The notes under the pieces are model-generated. The model was not told the DNA's origin and searched no databases. It saw only the letters and a program-made list of their open reading frames with translations. From positions 186,001 through 227,388 of IMG/VR virus record IMGVR_UViG_3300011223_000002: 41,388 bases of DNA. One strand, 5' to 3'. Shown piece by piece: positions 8,765 through 17,554 of the stretch (position 1 is its first letter; each line of letters begins with the position of its first letter). Both the position numbers and the translations under genes were made by a program. Source of the DNA: an uncultured virus (IMG/VR IMGVR_UViG_3300011223_000002) (Duplodnaviria; Heunggongvirae; Uroviricota; Caudoviricetes).

Positions 8765-8895
8765 ATTCGTGCCATTCCCTATCTAGTAAAAGATACCACA
8801 TGGTTGATTACCCCTACCTCGTCCGTTAATCGGATCTCGGTACACAAAAGCAGCAAAGGGTAATCAATAAAGATTCAGTCCACTGTTACCAAACA

Positions 8896-8912
8896 ATAAT
8901 GTAGGCTTAAAA
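8896..8912 (-). promoter_or_regulatory. Putative early promoter TTTTAAGCCTACATTAT driving the Ntn-hydrolase cluster
   Basis: Matches the recurrent intergenic motif. Confidence 0.6.
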
Positions 8913-8929
8913 TATTCCAAGTGCAGCAT

Positions 8930-9300
8930 AGACCCCTACCCGTCTTCCCCTCTAGGGAAGGCGTGGTCAGTAATACCTTTTCAATCCATCAAATTCAATA
9001 AAAGAAATCTACGTATAATCATTACAGTGAAAAAATAAAAGTGTATAAGGCCCTTCGGGCCTATATTTAGGGATTTAGGATTCTTTTCTTTTCTCTAATG
9101 TTCTCTTTTCTCTTTTCCTAGATTCCTGATAGCCTACCTACGGTAGCCCTCCATCCCCCAGATTCCTATTCCTCCACTCCACTCGCCGTAGGCTCGTTAC
9201 GTTACGTAATAGGAATCTTACCCCCTTCCTCCAAAACTAGAAATTGGGTAAGTGTTGCATATAATAACCGATCGGTGAAATGTTATGAAGAACTAATTCC
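8930..9300. other. AT-rich, pyrimidine-skewed non-coding divergence region with hairpins; candidate replication origin
   Basis: CT-rich tracts 9080-9235, inverted repeats at 9048-9062 and 9160-9218, no ORF, transcription diverges here. Confidence 0.35.
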
Positions 9301-9339
9301 TTTACCTCCCTGGACAGTAGACCAGGATGGAGACACCTT

Positions 9340-10188
9340 ATGGCCAGCGCGGTAGATTACGCGATCAACGAAGTCATGAACGCTGACATCGATGATTACT
9401 TGTTTAACCTTGCGTTCACTGATAAGCCTAACCGTCACTGGTCAGGTAACTGGTTCGACATGGTCGGACAAACCACAGTACCTCAAGGTATTCGTGAAAA
9501 GGTCATTCACCGTACTGTACTTCCTGCTTGCAGCATGGCGGGTGGTAAAACCGACTTCATTGACCTGACTGGATCGTCCTACCGAGATCGGGGGAATGGG
9601 TGTATCGAAGTCTCTGTACCCGATTCGGTTACCCGTGGCGCCAAGATCGTCTCGGTTACTGAAGTCTACCTCGGCAGCATGGCTTCCGCGACCGGTGGGT
9701 TCTACGGAGGCCTGGCCAACGATGACCTCTGTGGTAATGGTGTAGTCAACGAAATGACAGGAACCTTGCTCAGCTCGATGCAGGGTAACTCGAAAATGCC
9801 GGTGACCTTTACCGACTGTCCCATGACGGGCAACAACATGTTTGCCATCAATGGTCTGAACAAGGGTAACTACTCCCTGACTGCCCGAGTGATCCTCGAG
9901 TACGATGCCGGAATGAGCTCTATCAGCCCACGTCATTTCGATGAGTTCGCTGAGCTGGTGCTGTGGGCGACCAAGGCATTCATCTACCGCAACTGCCGTC
10001 GACCCAGCCAAGAAGGGATCATGCGTGCTGGTATTTCGATGGACATGTTGAGCAATGACCTCGACAAGTTCTCCGATGCCTACCAGACCTACAAGGACAA
10101 GTTCAAAGAGTTCAAGTCCTGCTTGACCAACTCTGACCGTACCTTGCGTCGGGACGCTATCCATCAGCAAGTGACCCGGAGAATGTAA
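9340..10188 (+). CDS. Conserved phiKZ-like hypothetical protein, possibly virion-associated
   Basis: 282-aa ORF, GGAGA RBS, TAATG coupling to the next gene. Confidence 0.75.
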   Translation: MASAVDYAINEVMNADIDDYLFNLAFTDKPNRHWSGNWFDMVGQTTVPQGIREKVIHRTVLPACSMAGGKTDFIDLTGSSYRDRGNGCIEVSVPDSVTRGAKIVSVTEVYLGSMASATGGFYGGLANDDLCGNGVVNEMTGTLLSSMQGNSKMPVTFTDCPMTGNNMFAINGLNKGNYSLTARVILEYDAGMSSISPRHFDEFAELVLWATKAFIYRNCRRPSQEGIMRAGISMDMLSNDLDKFSDAYQTYKDKFKEFKSCLTNSDRTLRRDAIHQQVTRRM

Positions 10189-11573
10189 TGACTGCGTTTT
10201 CTATACTCGACGAATCGCAAGTTCTTTCCCTGTTTGAGGGCTTCGAAGCACACCTGGTGTCTTGGAGTCCAGTTTACCGTGATATTCTGACACCCATCGA
10301 TGATGTCACGGGCAATGAGGCCCTGCTCAGCAATGTCGAATACCAGAGCAACCATGCCATCCGTGAGATCTTCGACACCCTTTCTAAAGGGTTCTTCGAA
10401 GTTACCCCGAAATGGGCTGAACGTTTGCAGAAGTATGTGTACTCGTTCATCACCCGGCGCGTCGGCTTGGTTGACTACATGGAGTTCTTTGGCTCGCCCT
10501 ACCTGGGTTTGCAGAAAGTTACCTTCACCACAGCTGACCGTAACGCCTGGTTCGTTGACATCTTCGACTGCGACGAAGAAGAGCTCCGGGAAAACCTCCA
10601 TGCCTGTCAGGCGATCAAGAAGGAGTGGGCCGTTGTAGGCGACGCGTTCAACATGACCGTTCCCTACCTCCTGTACCGGATCAATAAGTCGACACTTCCT
10701 CAGGGCATGAAACATCAGGCGATGAAAGATGTCCTGTGCATGTACCACTACAAGTGCCTGACCTCGATCATCCACAACGACTACCCTTTCCAAGCGCGGC
10801 GTGAAGTGGTCATCGAGACCTACAACCGCTTGAGCAAGAAGTACGACATCAAGGTCTATGGTTCTTGGAAAGCCCTGATCGAAGCACGAGCCGAGTGGAT
10901 CCTCAGTCCCAAGACCGGTATTCACTATGAAGCCTTTACCAAGATGGACGACGACAAAAAGATCGTCTACATGGTGGGTGACATCCAGAACCGTCTGCGC
11001 CGTGCGATCAATGACATCAACAAGGTGTTCCATGATGTCAAGAACAAGGCCAACATTGTTCGCCTTGAAGGTTCAAAAGTGTCGATGGGGGATGAGCTGA
11101 CCATCAAGTCAGTTTCCAAGGAGATCAACCAGTACGTCATGTACATGGAGCGTATCCTGACGGAGCAGAGTTCGTTCTACAAGGAGGAACTGGCTCAGCA
11201 TGTGGCAGCGGTGTTGGACGACGTCCGCATGGACATGTTCACCTACACCCTGCAAGAGTTCCCCAAGCGCTACAACAACCCCAAGATGCCGGAATACAAA
11301 CAGTTTGCAGAAACCGTTCTGTTGCACATGTTTGAATACCTGCACGCCAACAACGTTAAAAAGAGCGACGTTTACAAAGTGCTCATCAAAATGCGTGGTG
11401 CTTACGGCGCCTCTCGCAGCAAAAACGACATGGTAAAGATTATTCGAGAACTGGGAGACCAGATCGTTATAGACATTACCGGTCGCAAGACTCCGCAATG
11501 GGTCCTGACCACCCGCACTGCACTGAGCCTGTTCATTGTGCTGCGTGTGTTGTCGAAAGATTTCTTCAGCTGA
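10188..11573 (+). CDS. Conserved phiKZ-like hypothetical protein (461 aa, helical)
   Basis: Long ORF with phage-like codon bias, translationally coupled; function not recognisable. Confidence 0.8.
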   Translation: MTAFSILDESQVLSLFEGFEAHLVSWSPVYRDILTPIDDVTGNEALLSNVEYQSNHAIREIFDTLSKGFFEVTPKWAERLQKYVYSFITRRVGLVDYMEFFGSPYLGLQKVTFTTADRNAWFVDIFDCDEEELRENLHACQAIKKEWAVVGDAFNMTVPYLLYRINKSTLPQGMKHQAMKDVLCMYHYKCLTSIIHNDYPFQARREVVIETYNRLSKKYDIKVYGSWKALIEARAEWILSPKTGIHYEAFTKMDDDKKIVYMVGDIQNRLRRAINDINKVFHDVKNKANIVRLEGSKVSMGDELTIKSVSKEINQYVMYMERILTEQSSFYKEELAQHVAAVLDDVRMDMFTYTLQEFPKRYNNPKMPEYKQFAETVLLHMFEYLHANNVKKSDVYKVLIKMRGAYGASRSKNDMVKIIRELGDQIVIDITGRKTPQWVLTTRTALSLFIVLRVLSKDFFS

Positions 11574-11604
11574 ACCTTACACACTTAACACTTAGGAATA
11601 TGTC

Positions 11605-11886
11605 ATGACCACTCTGTCCAATCAAGTCTTCAAAAACTCGTTCGTTTACGGCCAAGCCGAGCTGACTTACAAACACCCCAAGTCCGGCGAGCCTGTAACC
11701 GAAGCTGTCCATGTCGTCGGCAAAGGCAGCGAGACGGACCCGCTGTCCGAGGAACGTTACTACATCAGCGGCATGATCGCCAAAACGGCGTTCGAAGACC
11801 TCAGCGGTGACGTTCAGCTCATGCCGAGCTTTGAAGGTCGCAGCCGTTCAGAACTCGAGGCGTACCTCGTCAAAAACGCGCGCTAA
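11605..11886 (+). CDS. Small hypothetical protein
   Basis: TAGGA RBS, biased codons. Confidence 0.7.
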   Translation: MTTLSNQVFKNSFVYGQAELTYKHPKSGEPVTEAVHVVGKGSETDPLSEERYYISGMIAKTAFEDLSGDVQLMPSFEGRSRSELEAYLVKNAR

Positions 11887-11903
11887 GCGCCAGGTAGGGC
11901 ATC

Positions 11904-12206
11904 ATGTACAAACTTACCGGTAAGGCGTTTGTCTTTGGCAAGCACGCGGTAATTGGTGTCAAGTTGGTCTATGGGCGCGGCAAGCATGCTGATGTCTGGT
12001 TGGTGAATCGCATTGACGAACCTAAGCCAGACCTGTTGAGCTTGGTCAGTGCTGACAAGAGCAAGCATCGTTTCTACCAAGCATTGACCTTGGCCGAATC
12101 GACTGCGCATCACCTGGAAGCTCGCGACGTGTGTATCACCACCTGCAAAGGTGCGCATAAGGGCAAGAGCATGGATGACATGGTTCGTTCGTTACAACTT
12201 GCGTAA
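11904..12206 (+). CDS. Small basic hypothetical protein
   Basis: 100-aa ORF ending just before a terminator. Confidence 0.65.
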   Translation: MYKLTGKAFVFGKHAVIGVKLVYGRGKHADVWLVNRIDEPKPDLLSLVSADKSKHRFYQALTLAESTAHHLEARDVCITTCKGAHKGKSMDDMVRSLQLA

Positions 12207-12221
12207 CCCATTGTGAGTGAC

Positions 12222-12250
12222 CCTCCTACCGCCCATTGGGCGGTAGGAGG
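12222..12250. terminator. Hairpin between convergent genes, probably a bidirectional terminator
   Basis: Perfect 13-bp stem CCTCCTACCGCCC-att-GGGCGGTAGGAGG. Confidence 0.75.
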
Positions 12251-12257
12251 TTATCAC

Positions 12258-15200
12258 TTATGCTGCTCTTCGACCACGACGGTCTTCCATCATGCGTTTG
12301 TTTCGTTCGATCTTCGCGTCTTCCAGCGTACTGTCAATCGTCATGACTCGCGCCTGTTCAGGCGGAAGCATGGCTACCAGTCGACGGATCTCACCTTCCA
12401 AACGTAGCGCCAACAGATTATCACGGGTGCTCATGAACTCATCGGTCAGTTTTGACAGACGGGCCTTCAGCGAATTCATGAACTGAACCACGTGAGGATC
12501 AGGTTCAGGTACATCCCGTTGCGTGTTCGCACTCATGAGGTTGCGCGTCTCTGTTAAAGCAATACCCGGAGGAATGCCATACAGGGACTTGTTCGCACCC
12601 AGTTTGATGAACCAGTAGCTCAAGAGCCACGAGATCACCAAGTCATCGTGCGTATTCTTAGCGTGGTCGATTCGATCACCTTTCACCCGCAGGTTGATCA
12701 ACTCGTCAGCCAGCTTCGCGTAGTTCAACCCGTACCCGGTATTACCCACTGCCTCTTGAACCAAGCCGTAGAGAATTTCACGACTGGTGCTCGAGGTCAC
12801 AAACCCGAAGTGTTGCTTGTACTTCAGGTAGAAGTTCTTGTTACGGTAGGCAAAGCGGGTCTGTTGGATTTCCTCGAAGTCCTTGGCGTGAGTCACCGTG
12901 TCTTGGTAAATAGCGTTATAGATCCGTTTGAATGGATCCATGCCTTTGGCTGGCAACATGATCAGCAAACTGTCAATCATGTGGTGCGCATAGTTACGTT
13001 CGATCACGAGGGTACTGTTGTTGATGACCGACAGCAAGTCTACGATGATTGCCGTGACGTCGTCCAGGAAGGTCAACGGATAACGACCTACCCCAATCAC
13101 TTTCCCCGTCTTCATGGAACGGATCACGATGGTGCAGGCGTCCTTGTTGATAGCAGAGGAGGTATCGACACCAATGATGAAATGGTCATTGTAGTCTTCT
13201 GCGCTCATCTTCAAGAGTTCCTCTTTCGTGACAAAGAAGTCCACGTAGAGGTTACTGTCCTTGTACTCCTTCTCCCACACTGTTTCCCGTTTCATGTTGT
13301 TGATGGCTTCACGGGTGATGTCATCAAACAGTCGGTCCTCACCATCTTCCACCCACATGAGCAGTAAGTCGATCTTGGCCTTGGCAAGGCTCATGCCCAG
13401 GTTGTCAATCGTTTCTTGTGCCCAGGTCTTGGGTTTACCCAATTGCAAGTAGTTGTAGACCATGGCCACCGAGGGCGACGTGGTTTTCTTCGGCGACGCC
13501 CGTAGCAGCATGTGACGCAGGTGACTCTCACTGAAGCAGTCAAAGAATCGCTCGCGCCATTCCGTTGCCGACATGAGCTTGTTGAACATGAACTCACCGC
13601 TGGGATGAAGGGTCGTGTTCGGAGTGGTAATGTACGAGATGCCGTGAGGCTTACCAGCCGCTCGACAGTTTGCCATCTCGGTCAAGGTAGAAGGACCGCA
13701 ACCGTCCACAATGGTGTCGATAAAGCTGATGTATGCGGGCTCGTCGAAGTTGGTTGTCCCCACCGAAAGACCTCGACCTAGGTCACCCGCCTTGTCCCGA
13801 CCTTGTTGAGGAACGTTGATGGTCAAGACGTTAACCTTGTCATCACCGTAGGCCTTGTAGTTCAGGTAAGTACCCGAGTCCTTGTCCTTGTAGGTCGAGT
13901 TGATCATGTACGGTGGCATCGACGACCGGATCACCTTGATGGCGTTGATGAACTGCGCCCGGTTGTCCGACTTCAGGGTAATGAGGTGCGACATGTACCC
14001 CTTACCGTAGATGTAGGTCAGCCAGAAGTTGATAACCTGCACGGAGACCGTGTTGTGGGTCACCATGAAGTCATCTGTGACGTACAGGTGTTCTTGGTTA
14101 TCCACCTCGATACAGGTGCAGTCGTCATCACCGATGTAAAAGATCTTGTCGATAAAGACGCGGTTGTCGAATACCACTTCCTCGTTGCGGAACTTGAACG
14201 GTTCCACTTCAGGAGGCAGTGTAATCCGCACGCCACCCTCTTGCACTGTGCCACACCCACCTAGTGTTTGTGCCAGATAGGCCAACTGACGCGAAACCTC
14301 GCGATTGTGCTTGATAAAGACATGATCCTTACCGACGACACCCCGGACATCCATAAACGCTTGTAACAGCGCTGTGCGGTCTTCCAGGGCGCCTTCCAGA
14401 TAGCTTGCCGGCAATCCTGCACCAAACTGAATCGTCAGTACCCCGTCACCCCGTGCGACCAGGTGTTTACCCCCGCGGGGGGTTATCGACATGATCGAAG
14501 GGAGGTGGTCAGCTACATGACGTTCTGCCTGGACCCCCGTGGTATCAATCAACATGCCATCACGGGCTTGTTGCCCACAGAAGAGAAGACCCATTACGTA
14601 GGGATCAATGGGGTGACGTTGCTTGATACCCGGCAGTGGGTCAACCATTGGCAATTGAATCCGCACACCCTTCTCGTGCAGTTCCAATAAGTCGGCCGTG
14701 CTGTAGTCGTTCCACAAGGCCCGACCGTTAATACGGTTGGAATAATCCTTAACCGTCCACAGGTGTTCTGGCCCTACATCAGTGGAACGCCCATCAGTAG
14801 TGGTGACACGGTAGAGCCGTTTAGTGCCTTGCGGATGGACACCAATAACGGTGCAGGGGTCACCGTGGCGGTCGATCACCTGATCACCCACCTTCAACGA
14901 GCCGATCTGTTTCCAGCAATCCCTAGGAGTCACCAAACCAGTCGTATTTGGCAGCACGCGAACCTTGCTCGAGTTACGCTGCAGCTTGCCCTGCTGGCGA
15001 GGCATGATCATGTACGTGGTGATGTGATTCAAATATGCCCAGATAAAACTGATGTTGCCACGGTTAGCCAGGAAAGGCATCCCCGGCTTCAACTGACAGA
15101 CCTCTCGCAGGAAATACCAGAAGTTACTCCGGGTTTCTGCAAAGGCCATGGTGGCCAGTTCGTTCGAGATGTTAGGGTCGTGTGGATCAACCCCCTTCAG

Positions 15201-15527
15201 CATGGGGTTGTTCAATTGCAGGTGGAAGTAATAGTTCTTGATCCCCTGCAAACGGAAAACTTCAGCAGTCCGTTTAAAGCTTTCGTTCTTAGTTTCCCGA
15301 TCCGCCACTGCCTTGTAGCGATAGAAGTCTTTGAGGAAGCGTACAGTGCGCATGCTTCCCAGGCTGTCTTCGTCGAAGTGTGCCATGAGTAATTCGTCTT
15401 CGGTACGTGCTTCACTGTCGACACGCAACCGACGATCATCAATCAGTTCACGGGGTAGGTTATTACTCCCCAGGTACTCCGCCAATCGCTTGGCGAACCC
15501 GAGGTGACTCTCTGCGATAGGGTTCAT
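12258..15527 (-). CDS. terL: Terminase large subunit (phiKZ gp25-like), intein-containing precursor
   Basis: NFWYFLRE, Walker A PRQQGK[intein]T, Walker B NFDEPAY, motif III ITTP, nuclease GVDTS and HDDLV; likely start ATG 15527. Confidence 0.93.
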   Translation of the reverse strand: MNPIAESHLGFAKRLAEYLGSNNLPRELIDDRRLRVDSEARTEDELLMAHFDEDSLGSMRTVRFLKDFYRYKAVADRETKNESFKRTAEVFRLQGIKNYYFHLQLNNPMLKGVDPHDPNISNELATMAFAETRSNFWYFLREVCQLKPGMPFLANRGNISFIWAYLNHITTYMIMPRQQGKLQRNSSKVRVLPNTTGLVTPRDCWKQIGSLKVGDQVIDRHGDPCTVIGVHPQGTKRLYRVTTTDGRSTDVGPEHLWTVKDYSNRINGRALWNDYSTADLLELHEKGVRIQLPMVDPLPGIKQRHPIDPYVMGLLFCGQQARDGMLIDTTGVQAERHVADHLPSIMSITPRGGKHLVARGDGVLTIQFGAGLPASYLEGALEDRTALLQAFMDVRGVVGKDHVFIKHNREVSRQLAYLAQTLGGCGTVQEGGVRITLPPEVEPFKFRNEEVVFDNRVFIDKIFYIGDDDCTCIEVDNQEHLYVTDDFMVTHNTVSVQVINFWLTYIYGKGYMSHLITLKSDNRAQFINAIKVIRSSMPPYMINSTYKDKDSGTYLNYKAYGDDKVNVLTINVPQQGRDKAGDLGRGLSVGTTNFDEPAYISFIDTIVDGCGPSTLTEMANCRAAGKPHGISYITTPNTTLHPSGEFMFNKLMSATEWRERFFDCFSESHLRHMLLRASPKKTTSPSVAMVYNYLQLGKPKTWAQETIDNLGMSLAKAKIDLLLMWVEDGEDRLFDDITREAINNMKRETVWEKEYKDSNLYVDFFVTKEELLKMSAEDYNDHFIIGVDTSSAINKDACTIVIRSMKTGKVIGVGRYPLTFLDDVTAIIVDLLSVINNSTLVIERNYAHHMIDSLLIMLPAKGMDPFKRIYNAIYQDTVTHAKDFEEIQQTRFAYRNKNFYLKYKQHFGFVTSSTSREILYGLVQEAVGNTGYGLNYAKLADELINLRVKGDRIDHAKNTHDDLVISWLLSYWFIKLGANKSLYGIPPGIALTETRNLMSANTQRDVPEPDPHVVQFMNSLKARLSKLTDEFMSTRDNLLALRLEGEIRRLVAMLPPEQARVMTIDSTLEDAKIERNKRMMEDRRGRRAA
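14052..14984 (-). mobile_element. 311-aa class 3 intein with degenerate LAGLIDADG endonuclease, inserted in the TerL P-loop
   Basis: LKVGDQV (N2), block B EHLW, block C-like DPYVMGLLFCG, block E-like LLQAFMDVRG, block F TCIEV, block G VTHN followed by +1 Thr; removal restores RQQGKT. Confidence 0.92.
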
Positions 15528-15540
15528 TTCAGATTCACCG

Positions 15541-15584
15541 GAAAGAAAAAAGAAGTACTCTCGCCCCTGTTGGGCGAGAGTACT
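15541..15584 (-). terminator. Terminator-like hairpin directly upstream of terL
   Basis: 13-bp stem AGTACTCTCGCCC/GGGCGAGAGTACT followed by TCTTTTTTCTTT on the minus strand. Confidence 0.7.
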
Positions 15585-15605
15585 GTACATAAGATTTACT
15601 GGGTA

Positions 15606-15812
15606 CTACTCCCCGGCAGCGCTGAGGTCGTCGATATAACGCTCACGTTCGAACGACAACACCGCCCGTTCGGCATGAATGTACTTCTCGACGGTCTCTC
15701 CATCCTGCAGCACTTGCTCCTCCAACACATCGTTGGTGAAGAGGTTCAGAACACGAACCACCACTTCTTTTTCTGCCGCACAATGCGCTGTAACACGAAC
15801 AACTGAAGTCAT
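15606..15812 (-). CDS. Small acidic hypothetical protein
   Basis: 68 aa, AGGAGA RBS. Confidence 0.65.
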   Translation of the reverse strand: MTSVVRVTAHCAAEKEVVVRVLNLFTNDVLEEQVLQDGETVEKYIHAERAVLSFERERYIDDLSAAGE

Positions 15813-15824
15813 GCCTTTCTCCTG

Positions 15825-17552
15825 TTAAACCAGTTCTACGGTAACACCAGTGGTTGCCAACTGAAGCTCAGATCCCGAGCTGGAACGCAACAACCAGTGG
15901 ATAAACCATCCGCGACCTTTACCGAATTCGATGCTGATCACGTTTTGCTTATTCCAATCAGCGATCGGATGGCGCCACTTGCGACCGTCTTCATGGACCA
16001 AGTCGAAGTGGGTAGGATTCGGCGCCTTATCTTCTTCCAGACGGTTGTAGCTTGGGAGTACCGAACGGTACATGCCGGTGAGCCATTCCTCTTGTGTCGC
16101 GAAGCCGTTGTCCACCGAGAAGGTGGTTGCCACACCGGCATTCTTGACCTTGACGAACTTACCTTGATAAGCAGGCTTGTCTTCAGCGAAGGAAACGTCG
16201 AAACGTTTACCAGGGCCGTTGACATCCGCGTACAGGGTAATGCCGACGTGCTGCTTGAAGACAACACTTTCGTACTGTTTCGACACGTCGCGCAGGTTCA
16301 GGTTAAAGATCAACGATTGCGAGATCCCGTAAGCGGTTGGCCGCCAAGGCTCCGAGCTCTGGTTGAACGTCACAAACTGGGAAACGTCAGTGGCAATTTG
16401 ACGGTCCAAGTCATACAGCCAGTGCTGGAGACGATAGCCCTTGATGGTTGGACTCCATACCGGGAAGGTATACAGCCGCGGCGAGTAAGCACCTTCCACG
16501 GCACCCACCAGGATGTTGTAAGTCACCGCCATGAAGTCTGGGTTACCTGGCTGAGGAAGATACGCCTGCTCATCCTTGGCAAACTTACCCACCAAGGTCA
16601 ATTCGGCCGTCTGCCCCGGCCAGCTAGGACGGTATTCACCCAGGCCATGCAGGGCAAAGTTGGTGCCGTTGACCGCTTCAGGCTCACTGGTGGAACCATC
16701 CGAGTAATGCTTGACAGCTCTGAACTCGACCGAACCCAGCAGCAGGTTGACCGGGAGGTTCAACAGTTGTGGGTTGGTCGTGTCGGTGAACCATGGCGAG
16801 AGCAGCTCGACAGCCGTTACATACTTCACACCCAGCTGGTGATCGCGCATGTACGAACTGTGTTGAACCATGAGCGGTTGAGCAGGAGGGATGAACCCGT
16901 CGCCTTCGTCGTAGAAGACCAACCAGCAGCGAGTACCGTCTGGCATTTCCTGATCATTCTTGGTCACACTGAACGGGCCCGTGGTCATGATCATCTTGTT
17001 CGTGCGGTCAACGATCTCTGCCAGCTTGACAGGAACCTTGTCCGAGATCATGATCATGGACTTGTCGTACTGAGCACTGATGTTGTTCGACTTCTCAGCC
17101 GTACTCCCGAGGAACACTCGAGCATATGCAGCACCCGGACGCATGATGGTCGAATCGCACTGTGCACGGTTAGGCCGCACGCTGTAATCGATGGCCAGCA
17201 CCGCTTCACCCGCCATTGGACCACCGGGGAGTCCGTAGATCCAATCCTGTTCAGCGGTGTCACCGTCGTTGGTTCGCGGGTTCCAGGCTGACAGTGTGGC
17301 TTTCAGGGTTTTGCCTTGATAGTCAACATAGTCGACTTTGAGCAGCTGGTTGTTCTTCATGTCGACTACCAACCAGCCCTCGCCCGGGACGACGTACTTG
17401 GTCTGATCCTCTGGTGGATGAAGATCAGGATCGAACATGTCTTCGATGAACAGGACTTGGCGTCGCTGTCCGGCGTTCTCTGAGACTGGCGCAATGGCCG
17501 CCGCTGCCCGCTCCGCCGAGGTACTCGGAGTGGAGTTAAAGATAGAACTCAT
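15825..17552 (-). CDS. Virion structural protein (phiKZ gp26-like; probably tail/baseplate)
   Basis: 575-aa beta-rich ORF, GAGGT RBS, synteny between terL and sheath. Confidence 0.7.
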   Translation of the reverse strand: MSSIFNSTPSTSAERAAAAIAPVSENAGQRRQVLFIEDMFDPDLHPPEDQTKYVVPGEGWLVVDMKNNQLLKVDYVDYQGKTLKATLSAWNPRTNDGDTAEQDWIYGLPGGPMAGEAVLAIDYSVRPNRAQCDSTIMRPGAAYARVFLGSTAEKSNNISAQYDKSMIMISDKVPVKLAEIVDRTNKMIMTTGPFSVTKNDQEMPDGTRCWLVFYDEGDGFIPPAQPLMVQHSSYMRDHQLGVKYVTAVELLSPWFTDTTNPQLLNLPVNLLLGSVEFRAVKHYSDGSTSEPEAVNGTNFALHGLGEYRPSWPGQTAELTLVGKFAKDEQAYLPQPGNPDFMAVTYNILVGAVEGAYSPRLYTFPVWSPTIKGYRLQHWLYDLDRQIATDVSQFVTFNQSSEPWRPTAYGISQSLIFNLNLRDVSKQYESVVFKQHVGITLYADVNGPGKRFDVSFAEDKPAYQGKFVKVKNAGVATTFSVDNGFATQEEWLTGMYRSVLPSYNRLEEDKAPNPTHFDLVHEDGRKWRHPIADWNKQNVISIEFGKGRGWFIHWLLRSSSGSELQLATTGVTVELV

Positions 17553-17554
17553 AA

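Noticed and set aside
9060..9240. Possible CRISPR array or iteron set
   Set aside because: Repeats are only 5-8 nt and irregularly spaced, with no repeat-spacer periodicity
15528..15590. N-terminal extension of TerL given in the ORF track
   Set aside because: It runs through a terminator hairpin and poly-T tract (YFFFL); ATG 15527 is more plausible
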